A stretch of 58,198 bases of DNA, from positions 1 to 58,198 of the IMG/VR virus record IMGVR_UViG_3300010373_000052, one strand, 5' to 3'. Origin of the DNA: a virus (Duplodnaviria > Caudoviricetes). Positions within the stretch are counted from its first letter, which is position 1; every line of letters begins with the position of its first letter. A model generated the notes under the pieces. It did not search any database and was not told the origin of the DNA. It saw nothing but the letters and a program-made list of their open reading frames with translations. This document shows positions 43,035 to 52,263 of this stretch, piece by piece. Both the position numbers and the translations under genes were made by a program.

Positions 43035-44738
43035 CTAGCCGGACTGCTGGACGCCCTGGATGAGCCCGGACCATGCCGGCGCGTAGTGCGCCATGGTGCC
43101 GATCTCAAGGGTGGAGGCGTCGTAGGTGAACTGCTGGACCGGCCACTGAATGGCCACGTAGTCCTGCACCATCGCCATGACCGAGGTCTCGGTCACGTTG
43201 GAGTCAGGAATCGGCAGGGTCACCGACCGCACCATCACGTTGCCCTGAGGCATCCACGGGTGGACGTAGAAGTCCAGCACCTTCCCAGTCACCTGGTTGT
43301 AGATGGATTGGACGACTGCGCCAGCGGTCACGCCGCCTGCGGGCTCTTGGACGTACAACTTGTAGTTGTTCACGTTCGAGCCGGCCAGCAATGCGTTGGA
43401 GAGCTGGTTGCGGTCGTGACCGTTGAACCACGCCTCGTCCGGGTCGGCCTTGACCGAGTCGTACACGGTGGAGAACAGGGTCTGGAACTCGATGCCGGGC
43501 GTCGAGGTGGAGAACGTCGAGTTGAGCCGGTTCACGTACCCACCGCTTGCCGCGATGTTGGTCAGCAACCCGTCGAAGTTCGTGGCCACCGCAGACTGGT
43601 CCGCAGCCGAAGCCGCGGTGCTGGGTCCGCTGGTCGGAGCCGACGTGATGAAGCCAACGTTGTACCCGGTGCGTCCGGCGTAGAAGTATGTCCCGCCCGA
43701 TGCCGAAGCGATGAACAGGTTGTACCCGAGCGCGCCGGCCACGTCGGCCTTGATGTCGATCTGGATGGCGTTCCCGGCGCCCACGGCGACCGAGGCACCG
43801 GCTGAAACCGGACCCTGGTGCATCGTGGTTCCGTTGGTGCCGAGCAGGTCACCCGCGTCAGCCGCGACGGCCACCCACCACGTTGCCGCGGTGAGGGTCG
43901 AAGAGCCCGCCGGGGCGACAGACGCTGCCACCGAGGCCGCGCTGGTGATGCTGGCCGCAGCCAGTGCGCCGGCGTAGCCGTTGCCCGTGGTGCCACGACC
44001 GTAGAGGTCGAAGCGCTCGTCCATCAGCATGGTCGAGTAGAGCAGGGCGGTGTTCGACAAGGACCGGATGTCCTCGAAGCCCTGACCCTGGTACTCGGCC
44101 TGCCACGACACGGAGTCCGACAGACCCCACGAGACGTAGCTGATGACCACGTCGTAACCGTCGTAGCTGATGTACGGCGGCCGGACGTAGGCCAGTCCAC
44201 CGGGACCGGTGTTGGTAGTGGATTCGGTGATACCGGGCTGCAGGGTGGTTGCCCCGCCAGTTCCGGTGCCGGTGAATCCGCTGATGACCTTGAACCGACG
44301 CGACGCACCCTGGGCGCGCACACGCGGGATGCTGTTACGCAGCGGCGTGGGACGCGGGGTGAGCAGCTTCGCCGGGGCTTCGAGGTCGAAGGGGACCAGA
44401 CCGGTCGAAACCGGGTTCGAAAGCGTCCACTCCTTGCTCAGCAGCTCGGCCTTGGAGCCGGTCAACTGGGCGTTGAGCGCCGCCATGACGGACGGGTCGA
44501 GGGACTTGGCCATCTCCAGCTCTTCGAGGGCCTTGCGGACCTCGGCGCGCTTGTCGGCACGCTTGGCGATGCGAGCACCCGAGGATTCGTGCTGGCCGTC
44601 GAAGTACGTCTCGCCGGTCAGACCCGAGACAGTCGAGTCGGTGGCGGCCTTGACCAGAGCGTCTTTGCGCTCGGCCATTTCCGCCGGGGAAGCCGCATCA
44701 GCGAACAGATCGCTGGCGCGGGGAAGTGCAGCAGCCAT
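43035..44738 (-). CDS. Major capsid protein
   Basis: Follows scaffold; FDLEAPAKLL.P..TPLRNSIPR, FDGLL, VHPWMPQG. Confidence 0.85.
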   Translation of the reverse strand: MAAALPRASDLFADAASPAEMAERKDALVKAATDSTVSGLTGETYFDGQHESSGARIAKRADKRAEVRKALEELEMAKSLDPSVMAALNAQLTGSKAELLSKEWTLSNPVSTGLVPFDLEAPAKLLTPRPTPLRNSIPRVRAQGASRRFKVISGFTGTGTGGATTLQPGITESTTNTGPGGLAYVRPPYISYDGYDVVISYVSWGLSDSVSWQAEYQGQGFEDIRSLSNTALLYSTMLMDERFDLYGRGTTGNGYAGALAAASITSAASVAASVAPAGSSTLTAATWWVAVAADAGDLLGTNGTTMHQGPVSAGASVAVGAGNAIQIDIKADVAGALGYNLFIASASGGTYFYAGRTGYNVGFITSAPTSGPSTAASAADQSAVATNFDGLLTNIAASGGYVNRLNSTFSTSTPGIEFQTLFSTVYDSVKADPDEAWFNGHDRNQLSNALLAGSNVNNYKLYVQEPAGGVTAGAVVQSIYNQVTGKVLDFYVHPWMPQGNVMVRSVTLPIPDSNVTETSVMAMVQDYVAIQWPVQQFTYDASTLEIGTMAHYAPAWSGLIQGVQQSG

Positions 44739-44759
44739 GTGGCTCTACCTTTCGGGGAG

Positions 44760-46385
44760 TTAAGCGGTCTCGGCGAGACGCGCCCGGACGGCCTTGGCCT
44801 TGTCCAGGTAGCCTCTGCGGAGGTCGCTGTCAGTTGTTTCCTTCGCACGCTGCTCGAACTCCGCAATCTGGAGGTCCAGCACGTCGCGCTCGGTGGCCTT
44901 GTTCAGGTCCGCCGTGGTGCGGGTCTTGACCGGCCCGCCCGGTGCCGCCATCTTCTCGACGGTCGCCAGCCGGTCCTTCAGGCTGTCCAGGTTCGCCATG
45001 AACCCGTCAACGGCCTCTTTGACCACGGCAACCGCCGCCAACGTGGCAGCTTCTTTCTCTTCGGCCTTCGCCGCCTTCGTGGCGGCTTTCGCCTCCGCCT
45101 CGGCGGCCTCTTCGGCCTCGATCTCTTCGGGCGTCATCTCCGCCCGCTTGGCCGCGCGCTCGGCGTCCTCGGCCTCGCGCTGGGCAGCCGCTTCGGCTTC
45201 CTTGGCGACCTTGGCCTCGGCCTTCTCGGCTCGCTTGGCTTCCTTCGCGGCTCGACGAGCTTCATCGCGCTCGTCGAGGAGCTGAATGAGCTCGTCTTTG
45301 GTCATGTCGAGAATGTCTCCTGACTTGGAAGCGTCGTCGTCCGACGCCGCTTGTTCTCCGGCCAGCAACGTCTTGAGCGCTGCGATGGTCGCTTCGATCT
45401 GGCTGACGGACTTGGCCGACAGTCGCTTGCCGGCTTTCTCAGCCGACTCCTTGTGGGCCTCGGCGTTCTCGAAGAAGGCGAGGCGGGCCATGATGCCGAG
45501 GGCGTGGGTCACGGCGTCGAGGGCGCAGTTGGCGTCCCAGGCGTCGAACACGTCGTTGCCCTCGCCCGCCGCCACTTCGATGCTCTCGCGCTCACCGAAG
45601 TTGGAGATGAGCTGTGCGGCCTGCATGAGGTACTGGGCGGCGTCGGTGGCGCACTGGGCGTCCTCGGCCTCCCACGCCGGCGAGCCGGGCACCGGCGTCG
45701 TGGTGGGCGACGAGAACAGCGGGTTGACGCCCGAGACGATGCTGCCGTCCTTGGTCACCTCGATCTCGATGGACTTCTTCGAGTCGTCGGACACTTCGAT
45801 GTCGAACTTCTTGGCCGCGGCGAGGATCTTGGGCATGGCCTTCTTGCCGAACGGCGATTGGCTGGCTCGGGCCAGGGCGTTGCGGACGTGGGCCGCATCG
45901 TTGATGAGGAAATGGCGCTTGGAGCGAGGCGTGGTCTTGCCGCCCGCATCCTTCTTGCCACCCGGCTCGATGTAGGCGAAGTCGCTGTCGGGAAGGTCGT
46001 TCTGGTCGGCCGCGGAGACCGTCGCCTTGCCGAGTTCGCTGGTGTACGTCTTGACGTCGCTGAACACGATGCACGACGCGCACTCGCACGATTTCTCGGC
46101 GTTGTCGGAGTCGGCGGCGACCTTGCCGGTGCCCTTGCAGTCCGGGCACTTGCGGTTCCCCGCCATGATGGTGCCCTTGCCCTTACAGGTCTTGCAGTCG
46201 GCCTTCTCGGCGTCGGCCTTCTCGGTCAGCTCGAGCACGTCGTCCTCTGTCAATGCCGGGCCGGTCGGTTCGCCGGATTCGTCGAGGGCTTTCAGCATGA
46301 GCACCGGAAAGCCGTTGGCCCCGGATTTCACGCCGTCGACTCGGTCTGGATCGAACTCCTCCAGCTCGGTGATGGCTACTTCCAC
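44760..46385 (-). CDS. Capsid scaffold-like protein
   Basis: DnaJ-like CxxCxGxG pair, DLPDSDFA..H..D.AHVRNALAR domain, EAK-rich coiled-coil C-terminus. Confidence 0.7.
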   Translation of the reverse strand: MEVAITELEEFDPDRVDGVKSGANGFPVLMLKALDESGEPTGPALTEDDVLELTEKADAEKADCKTCKGKGTIMAGNRKCPDCKGTGKVAADSDNAEKSCECASCIVFSDVKTYTSELGKATVSAADQNDLPDSDFAYIEPGGKKDAGGKTTPRSKRHFLINDAAHVRNALARASQSPFGKKAMPKILAAAKKFDIEVSDDSKKSIEIEVTKDGSIVSGVNPLFSSPTTTPVPGSPAWEAEDAQCATDAAQYLMQAAQLISNFGERESIEVAAGEGNDVFDAWDANCALDAVTHALGIMARLAFFENAEAHKESAEKAGKRLSAKSVSQIEATIAALKTLLAGEQAASDDDASKSGDILDMTKDELIQLLDERDEARRAAKEAKRAEKAEAKVAKEAEAAAQREAEDAERAAKRAEMTPEEIEAEEAAEAEAKAATKAAKAEEKEAATLAAVAVVKEAVDGFMANLDSLKDRLATVEKMAAPGGPVKTRTTADLNKATERDVLDLQIAEFEQRAKETTDSDLRRGYLDKAKAVRARLAETA

Positions 46386-46386
46386 G

Positions 46387-46887
46387 TCAACTCCTCAGAT
46401 TGGCGACGGCCTCAGCGGTGGGCACGCGTCGCTTTGCACGTCCTTGCGGCGAGACGCCGCCGATCCGACCGGATTTCACCAGCGGCCACGTCTCCTCGTT
46501 CCATTGGATACCGAGGAGCCAATCGCCCGCTTTCACGACTTGCTCTGAACCGTCAGCCGCTTCGATGTGCCAGTCCGGGCCGCGCCAGATGTAGCTCTCC
46601 ACCACGTCGCCCGCGCCATCCGTACCCCCGCGATGCCAGAGCCCAATCTTGGGCGACTTGCGCAGGTAGTTCCACGCCGCGGTTTCAACGGCGGCGGCGG
46701 ATGCGAAGTCCCGGTGCCCGTCGGCGGCGACAGACACGTCGGGCTTGTTGGCTGGATAAGCGACCGTCAGCGTGTATCTCTGCTCGTCGGCCGATTTCAC
46801 GACGATGCCGGACAGTCCTTCGGCCGTCGATGGCTCAACGACGTCGGGCTCGACGCTGACGCGCACGGTAAAGCTAGCTTCGGGCAT
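46387..46887 (-). CDS. XkdF-like putative prohead serine protease
   Basis: QRYTLTVAY, DGHRDF, GLWH, VVESY, GDWLLG, W..VKSG.IGG.S..G. Confidence 0.75.
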   Translation of the reverse strand: MPEASFTVRVSVEPDVVEPSTAEGLSGIVVKSADEQRYTLTVAYPANKPDVSVAADGHRDFASAAAVETAAWNYLRKSPKIGLWHRGGTDGAGDVVESYIWRGPDWHIEAADGSEQVVKAGDWLLGIQWNEETWPLVKSGRIGGVSPQGRAKRRVPTAEAVANLRS

Positions 46888-46890
46888 TCG

Positions 46891-47268
46891 TCAGTCCTCT
46901 CGGCTGGCCCACGGCACCAGCACCAGCGGTACGCCCGCGGCGACCGCCGACTTGGCGTTCTGCCGACTGTTGTCGACGAACACATGGACGTGGTTGTCGG
47001 TCAGCCACTGGGCCTTGCGGTCGTGCAGGTCGTCCACCTCGCCTGCGGGGTGCGCGGCGAGCACGACCAGGTCGTCGTAGCACTGGCCGCAGCCGAGCTG
47101 GTTCAGGTAGTTGGCCTTGTTCACGAAGTCCTGCGGGGTGACCTCGGTGTCCGACACCCCGGTCACGACGGTGACGGTGTGGCCTGCCGCCTGCAGCGAG
47201 GACATGAGCGATTGGAACTGACGAGGGGCGGCGTCGATGGAGCCGTCCAGGTCGAGCGCGACTCTCAT
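46891..47268 (-). CDS. HAD-superfamily-like protein
   Basis: ALDLDGSI, VVTG, K, VFVDN motifs. Confidence 0.7.
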   Translation of the reverse strand: MRVALDLDGSIDAAPRQFQSLMSSLQAAGHTVTVVTGVSDTEVTPQDFVNKANYLNQLGCGQCYDDLVVLAAHPAGEVDDLHDRKAQWLTDNHVHVFVDNSRQNAKSAVAAGVPLVLVPWASRED

Positions 47269-50171
47269 TACGAACTCACATTCACGACCGGCAACGCGGC
47301 ACAGCGGCAGTTGGGATGCAGCGGCGGCTTCTCGTCGTCGCCGCCGACGTCGTAGTCCTGGCCGTCATGGGGCAGGCACAGCGGGCAGGCGTCGGGCTCG
47401 GCGATCCATTGCCACTGGGCCACGCCGTTCTCGGCGTAGGTGTTCATGGTGGACTCGGTCATGGCCCGCGCCGTCTCGGTGTTGGCGATCATGAGCGAGC
47501 GAGCCGGATCGGCGACCACGTCGGACATGTCACGGGCGATGGTTTCCACCGAATCGCCGCTCGACAGTCCCGACACGAGGGCCGTCGTCAGCCGGCCCAT
47601 GGCTGCGTCGGTGATCCCCTTGATGGTCACGTCGGCTGTGTCCAGCAACCCATCGAGCCCGAGACGCTCCACCAGCGATGCGGCGTTGGCGTCTCCGGGT
47701 TGCCAGTTCGCCCAGTCGATACCCGCCACCACGTCGACGACACCGGCCACGACCGTGGCCCCCGCACCGATGCTTTGTGCCGCGGCGTGGGTGCCCGCCA
47801 GTCCCGCTTCGCCGTAGAGGCGGGCGAGGACTCGGCGAAGTTCCGCGGGGTCCATGGTCACGGCCTGGTTCACCGCGTCGGCGGCGGCCTTTTGGTCCTC
47901 CGGGCTCATCGCCTTGTTGAGCCGGGCCTTGGCCGTGGTGATGGCCGCGTGGATGCCGTTGGCCGTGAGCGCGTCGGCGATCAGCGGGGCGTAGTGCTCG
48001 ACCAGCTTGTCGTGGAGCTTGTGGCCTGGGTGGTCCTCGTAGGCGGCCTTGGCGGCCTCAGGCTCGAACAGGTCGCACACGTGCCGGCGGTCCACCGTGC
48101 CGTCCACCTTGGCGCACAGACTCGGGGCGTCGCCTTGGTCGAGCCGGAAACGGCAGACGTGGCACGTCTCGTCGGCCCGGTCAAACGGTCGATAGTTCGC
48201 CTGCTGCTTGGTCAGCTTGGCCCCGCCCGACGGCAGGGCGTCGGCTTTTAAAAGGGCGACCTCGTAGGGGTCGTGGTGGTGGAAGACGAACTCCCGGTCG
48301 TGGTCCTTGGCCAGGAATCGGGCGTACGCGGCCTTCTCCGCCGCCTTGGCGTCGGCCTTTACTTTCCCTGACGACGGCGCTTTCCCGTTGGCGGGTTTGG
48401 CCGGCGGTTGAGAATCGCCAGCGTCATCGCCACCGCTCCCAGCGTCAGGATTGCTATCACCTGAGCCGTCATCGTTCTCCTCGGCCGGTTGTCCCGGCAC
48501 CTGGCCGTTCTCGGCCATCTGCACGGCCATCTGGTGACCCGCGGCCTGGGCCTCCAACTCGCCCTGCTGGGCTTCGAGTTGTCCCGCGAGGAACTGGACG
48601 CCCTGGGCGGTGGTGATGGCGAGCTGGTCCGCTTCGGGCTCGTCGGCCAGAGGCAATCCGGCCTTGGCTCGCCACTCGTTGCGCTTCAGCAGTCCGGCGC
48701 CGACCTTGGCCACGTCGGCTTGGGTCTGCTGCAGGTGGTCCTCGTCGTCGCCTGCGCCATTCACGGTGGCCGTGATCTCGGGTCCGATGCCCAGGAATCG
48801 ACGGGCCAGGTCGTTGAGCACGTCGATGACCCAGTTGAGCATGGCCTTGGTGCTGTACTCCTGCACCTGGTCGGTCTGGCCTTCGGTCTGGCCCTTGCCC
48901 GAGGCCAGCGCGTGCTTGGGCTGGACGCCGAGCGCTTGGGCGGCCACGCCGAACCGGGAGGCGATCTGGCCGATCAGCCAGTCGTCGTAGTCACTCTTGT
49001 AGTGCTCGTCGATCTGGGGGACGATCGTCGGCTTGAAGCCGGGCCGCAGCATGAACATGGACTGGCGGCGCTCGATCTGGCCCGTCAGCCGGTCGTTCAT
49101 GACCCGCTCGTAGTAGGCGAGCTGCTCAGGCGTCCACGACTCGGTCTCGGCCGTCTCCATGAACACCCTCGGCACCACGCCGTTGGTGTACTCGGCCCGC
49201 ATCCACGACTGGCGGCCGAGGTAGGTGGTGGCCAGCGCCATGACTTCTTCGACCTGGGGGTAGCCGTAGATCGACGTGTTGCGCGGGCGGCGGATGTAGT
49301 ACCCGAGCTGGTCCAGGCTGAACTCGTCGTCGGCCTCGCCCGGCGTCTGTTGGAACTCGCCGCGGGGAAAGCCGTAGAGGATCTGTGCGTACGCCGGGGA
49401 TGGCGGCTGGGGCACGCGGCCCCGGTTGTCGAGGTAGATCTTGACCGTCGAGGCGTCGACCAGTTCGAGGTTGCGGATGCTGCCGTCGAGGTTGTAGCTC
49501 GGGTAGATGGCCACGCCGTCGTAAACGAGGTGGTCCCACATGAACGCCTGCAGCCAGTCGGAAAACGTCTGGCCCATGTCGCGGTCGGGGCTCTCGAAGA
49601 ACTGCTGCACCCGGTTGAGCTCGTCGCCGTGCTGCTCGCGGGCGATGGCCGTGGCGCGGGCCGAGTTGGTCTCGCCCGTGTCCGCCATGATCTGTTGCAG
49701 TAGGGTCGGACTGAAGCCCCACGACCAGTCGTAGCCGCACAACTCGTCTTGCTTCAACTGGATGCAGCGGTTGACCACGTCGCACTCTTCGGCCAGCCAC
49801 CGCAGCATGGTCCACGGCACCTGGCGGTCGACCAGCTGCAGGTTCCACGCCACGAGGTACTCGGACCGGCGCGGGGCGGTGCGACCGTTTCGACCCGTGG
49901 GGTCGAGCGAGTCGGGCACCATCGGATAACCCGGACCGAACAGGCTGTTGAACGTCGAGTCGACGCGGGGCAGCGGGGTCTGCATCGTCCCGCCGCCGGT
50001 CTGGCTGAAGGGCGACGACGGGGTCGGCACCGGGTAGGTGGCGCCGCCGGGGGTGTAGTTCACGCCGCCCCGCCCGTTGGCCGCGGCCTGGGCAATCGCT
50101 GGGGTCAGGGCCTTCGCCAGCTCGTCGTAGTCGATGGCGGGCGCGCGTCGGCGCAGAAATCGTGGCGCCAT
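47268..50171 (-). CDS. Portal protein fused to MuF-like minor head domain
   Basis: Portal motifs YG.PQ.E, YTNG.VP, NEWRAKAGLP; C-terminal IANTETARA...WI...DACPLC...PPLHPNCRC. Confidence 0.88.
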   Translation of the reverse strand: MAPRFLRRRAPAIDYDELAKALTPAIAQAAANGRGGVNYTPGGATYPVPTPSSPFSQTGGGTMQTPLPRVDSTFNSLFGPGYPMVPDSLDPTGRNGRTAPRRSEYLVAWNLQLVDRQVPWTMLRWLAEECDVVNRCIQLKQDELCGYDWSWGFSPTLLQQIMADTGETNSARATAIAREQHGDELNRVQQFFESPDRDMGQTFSDWLQAFMWDHLVYDGVAIYPSYNLDGSIRNLELVDASTVKIYLDNRGRVPQPPSPAYAQILYGFPRGEFQQTPGEADDEFSLDQLGYYIRRPRNTSIYGYPQVEEVMALATTYLGRQSWMRAEYTNGVVPRVFMETAETESWTPEQLAYYERVMNDRLTGQIERRQSMFMLRPGFKPTIVPQIDEHYKSDYDDWLIGQIASRFGVAAQALGVQPKHALASGKGQTEGQTDQVQEYSTKAMLNWVIDVLNDLARRFLGIGPEITATVNGAGDDEDHLQQTQADVAKVGAGLLKRNEWRAKAGLPLADEPEADQLAITTAQGVQFLAGQLEAQQGELEAQAAGHQMAVQMAENGQVPGQPAEENDDGSGDSNPDAGSGGDDAGDSQPPAKPANGKAPSSGKVKADAKAAEKAAYARFLAKDHDREFVFHHHDPYEVALLKADALPSGGAKLTKQQANYRPFDRADETCHVCRFRLDQGDAPSLCAKVDGTVDRRHVCDLFEPEAAKAAYEDHPGHKLHDKLVEHYAPLIADALTANGIHAAITTAKARLNKAMSPEDQKAAADAVNQAVTMDPAELRRVLARLYGEAGLAGTHAAAQSIGAGATVVAGVVDVVAGIDWANWQPGDANAASLVERLGLDGLLDTADVTIKGITDAAMGRLTTALVSGLSSGDSVETIARDMSDVVADPARSLMIANTETARAMTESTMNTYAENGVAQWQWIAEPDACPLCLPHDGQDYDVGGDDEKPPLHPNCRCAALPVVNVSS

Positions 50172-50340
50172 GCTGGCCTTTCGGGGGGTAGAATGCGGTG
50201 TTGACCTGCGGGCCGAGGTACGCCGATCACGACTGGGCGACCACGTATGAGATGACCCGCGTCTGTCGCCGCTGCGGTCTGGTCGACCTCGGCGGGACGC
50301 GCTGGGTGCGGCTCATCGCCAGGTGGCTACGGAGCTTGCG

Positions 50341-50517
50341 CTAGCCCTCGATCACGATGTTGCGACGCCGGGCCTTGGCCACGTGCATCTTCTTCGCGTG
50401 AACCTTCTTCACCTTGGCCGCGGCGTGGGCCTTGACCACCGGGTGGTGGACGGCGATCTTCTTCACCTTGTGCGCCTTGGCCCGCACGGTGTGGTGGGTG
50501 GTGTGGGTCTTTCGCAT
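50341..50517 (-). CDS. 58-aa Lys/His-rich basic protein
   Basis: Own translation: MRKTHTTHHTVRAKAHKVKKIAVHHPVVKAHAAAKVKKVHAKKMHVAKARRRNIVIEG; GC-rich third codon positions. Confidence 0.75.
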   Translation of the reverse strand: MRKTHTTHHTVRAKAHKVKKIAVHHPVVKAHAAAKVKKVHAKKMHVAKARRRNIVIEG

Positions 50518-50519
50518 GG

Positions 50520-50720
50520 TCAGTCCGGCCGGTAGAAGACGAGCTGGCGACGAAGCTCGGCGCGCTCGTCTTGGGTGAGGTCTTCCGACGACGGTCCCGT
50601 GCCGAGGTAGCTAGCCACGATCGGGCAGAACGGGCACAGGCTGGTGTCGTGGCGCACGTCGCAGTGGAAGCACTCAGCCATGCCGTTGGGCAAGAGGGTC
50701 AACTCGGCCACCTTGCACAT
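50520..50720 (-). CDS. Small Cys-rich protein
   Basis: CFHC..H...CPFC. Confidence 0.5.
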   Translation of the reverse strand: MCKVAELTLLPNGMAECFHCDVRHDTSLCPFCPIVASYLGTGPSSEDLTQDERAELRRQLVFYRPD

Positions 50721-50743
50721 CGGACAGATGGTGCCGGCGGTGT

Positions 50744-51517
50744 TCAGCGGACCTCATCGATGAAACCGAACTTGAGGCACTGGTCGCTGTCGAGCCACCA
50801 GTCGGTGCGCTTGACCTTGCGCTCGATGGCCACGGCCGACATCTTGGAGCGCTCGGCGAAGATCTTGTACACGCGCTTCTGCACCATCTTGAGCAGCCCG
50901 GCTTCGTCTTCGATCTCGGACAGCTTGCCCACGGCCTGCGACGAGACTTCGTGGATGAGCACGACCGACTCTTTGGCCATGACCCGCTTGTCGCCCGCTT
51001 GCAGCAGGATCCCGCCCATCGAGGCGGCCATGCCGACGCACACGGTGGTGAAGTGGTAGCCCTCGGCTCGCATGACCTGGATGTGATCCCACAAGGCGAG
51101 GCCGTGGAACACCGAGCCACCGGGCGAGAAGATCGACAGCTCGATCGGCGGTGGCGTACCGTCTTCGTCACGCGGGTCGGTCCGGCGCCAGTAGTTGAGC
51201 TGGTCGATGCACTTCTGCACCGCACCGCTGTCCACGCCGCCGTGGAAGTTGTACGTGTGGAAGTGATGCGGGTCGGCCAGTTCGCGCTTGCGCTTCTCGT
51301 CCTCCCGGTCGGCGTCGTTGCGAACCTTGACCAGGTTCGCCTCCTGCGTCTGCGCCTCGACCTCGGCCAGCCTCGCCTCAGCCTTGAGCTTCTCCGCTTC
51401 CGCTGCGGCGTGGATCCGAGCGGCTTCCCCTTCAGCCCTCGCCTTCTCGGCTTCGGCTTCCCATTTGGCAATCTCCGCGGCGTGGGGCTCGCGTTCGGGT
51501 GCGGCGGTTTCGGTCAC
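50744..51517 (-). CDS. clpP: ClpP-family protease with N-terminal coiled coil
   Basis: IFSPGGSV..G, GMAASMG, LIHE, DWWL...C...GFID. Confidence 0.9.
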   Translation of the reverse strand: MTETAAPEREPHAAEIAKWEAEAEKARAEGEAARIHAAAEAEKLKAEARLAEVEAQTQEANLVKVRNDADREDEKRKRELADPHHFHTYNFHGGVDSGAVQKCIDQLNYWRRTDPRDEDGTPPPIELSIFSPGGSVFHGLALWDHIQVMRAEGYHFTTVCVGMAASMGGILLQAGDKRVMAKESVVLIHEVSSQAVGKLSEIEDEAGLLKMVQKRVYKIFAERSKMSAVAIERKVKRTDWWLDSDQCLKFGFIDEVR

Positions 51518-51570
51518 GCGTTGGCTCCTTTGCTTCGTTGCGAGGTGAGGCAAACACCTGTTCGTGTAGA

Positions 51571-52263
51571 ATGGTCCACATGGACAGGAAGACGTGTTCC
51601 CGATGCGGCCAGACCAAGCCGTTATCCGCTTTCAAGAGAGCGAACCGACGCCGGTGCGCCGAATGCGACCGCCAGTACATGGCGGAGTACCACATCAAGA
51701 ACTACCCCCGCACCCTTACTCATTGTGCCGAGTGCGGGGGTGAGCGGCGTAATGGTGATGGCAAAGGCAAACGCTGTCCCGCCTGTCGCCAGAAAGACGA
51801 GGAGACTCAAACTCGCTGGTGTGGCCGATGCTCTCAGCGCAAGCCTTGGTCGGACTTCCACTCCCCCACCGAGACGAAGGGGGTTCGCACGATCTGCAGG
51901 AGGTGTGGCGATGACCAGCAACGGAGACGTCGACTTGCGTTGAGCGGCATTCCCAGCTCTGCCGAGTTGGTGTGCGCTAGATGTGGCCGAGCCGAAAGTC
52001 AGGTAGATCCTCAGCGGGGTCATGTGAAACGCTTGGCGATCGACCACGATCACGGATGTTGCCAGCGTGGCTGCGTCCGATGTACTCGCGGCCTTCTCTG
52101 TATGGAGTGCAACATTCGCATCGGCTACATCGAAAAGATCGAACCCACAGCGAGGCTGGCCATGCTCCTTGGCGACCTGCGATACATCAGCGCAGGCGTG
52201 TCGGCGGCAAACTCCTCAACAGATCCAGGGCCGCCCGAGTCTGGTCTGGCATCAGCGTCGTAG
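51571..52263 (+). CDS. Endonuclease VII-family nuclease, antisense insertion
   Basis: Repeated CxxC; CARCG...LAIDHDH.C...RGLLC.ECN..IG. Confidence 0.85.
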   Translation: MVHMDRKTCSRCGQTKPLSAFKRANRRRCAECDRQYMAEYHIKNYPRTLTHCAECGGERRNGDGKGKRCPACRQKDEETQTRWCGRCSQRKPWSDFHSPTETKGVRTICRRCGDDQQRRRRLALSGIPSSAELVCARCGRAESQVDPQRGHVKRLAIDHDHGCCQRGCVRCTRGLLCMECNIRIGYIEKIEPTARLAMLLGDLRYISAGVSAANSSTDPGPPESGLASAS

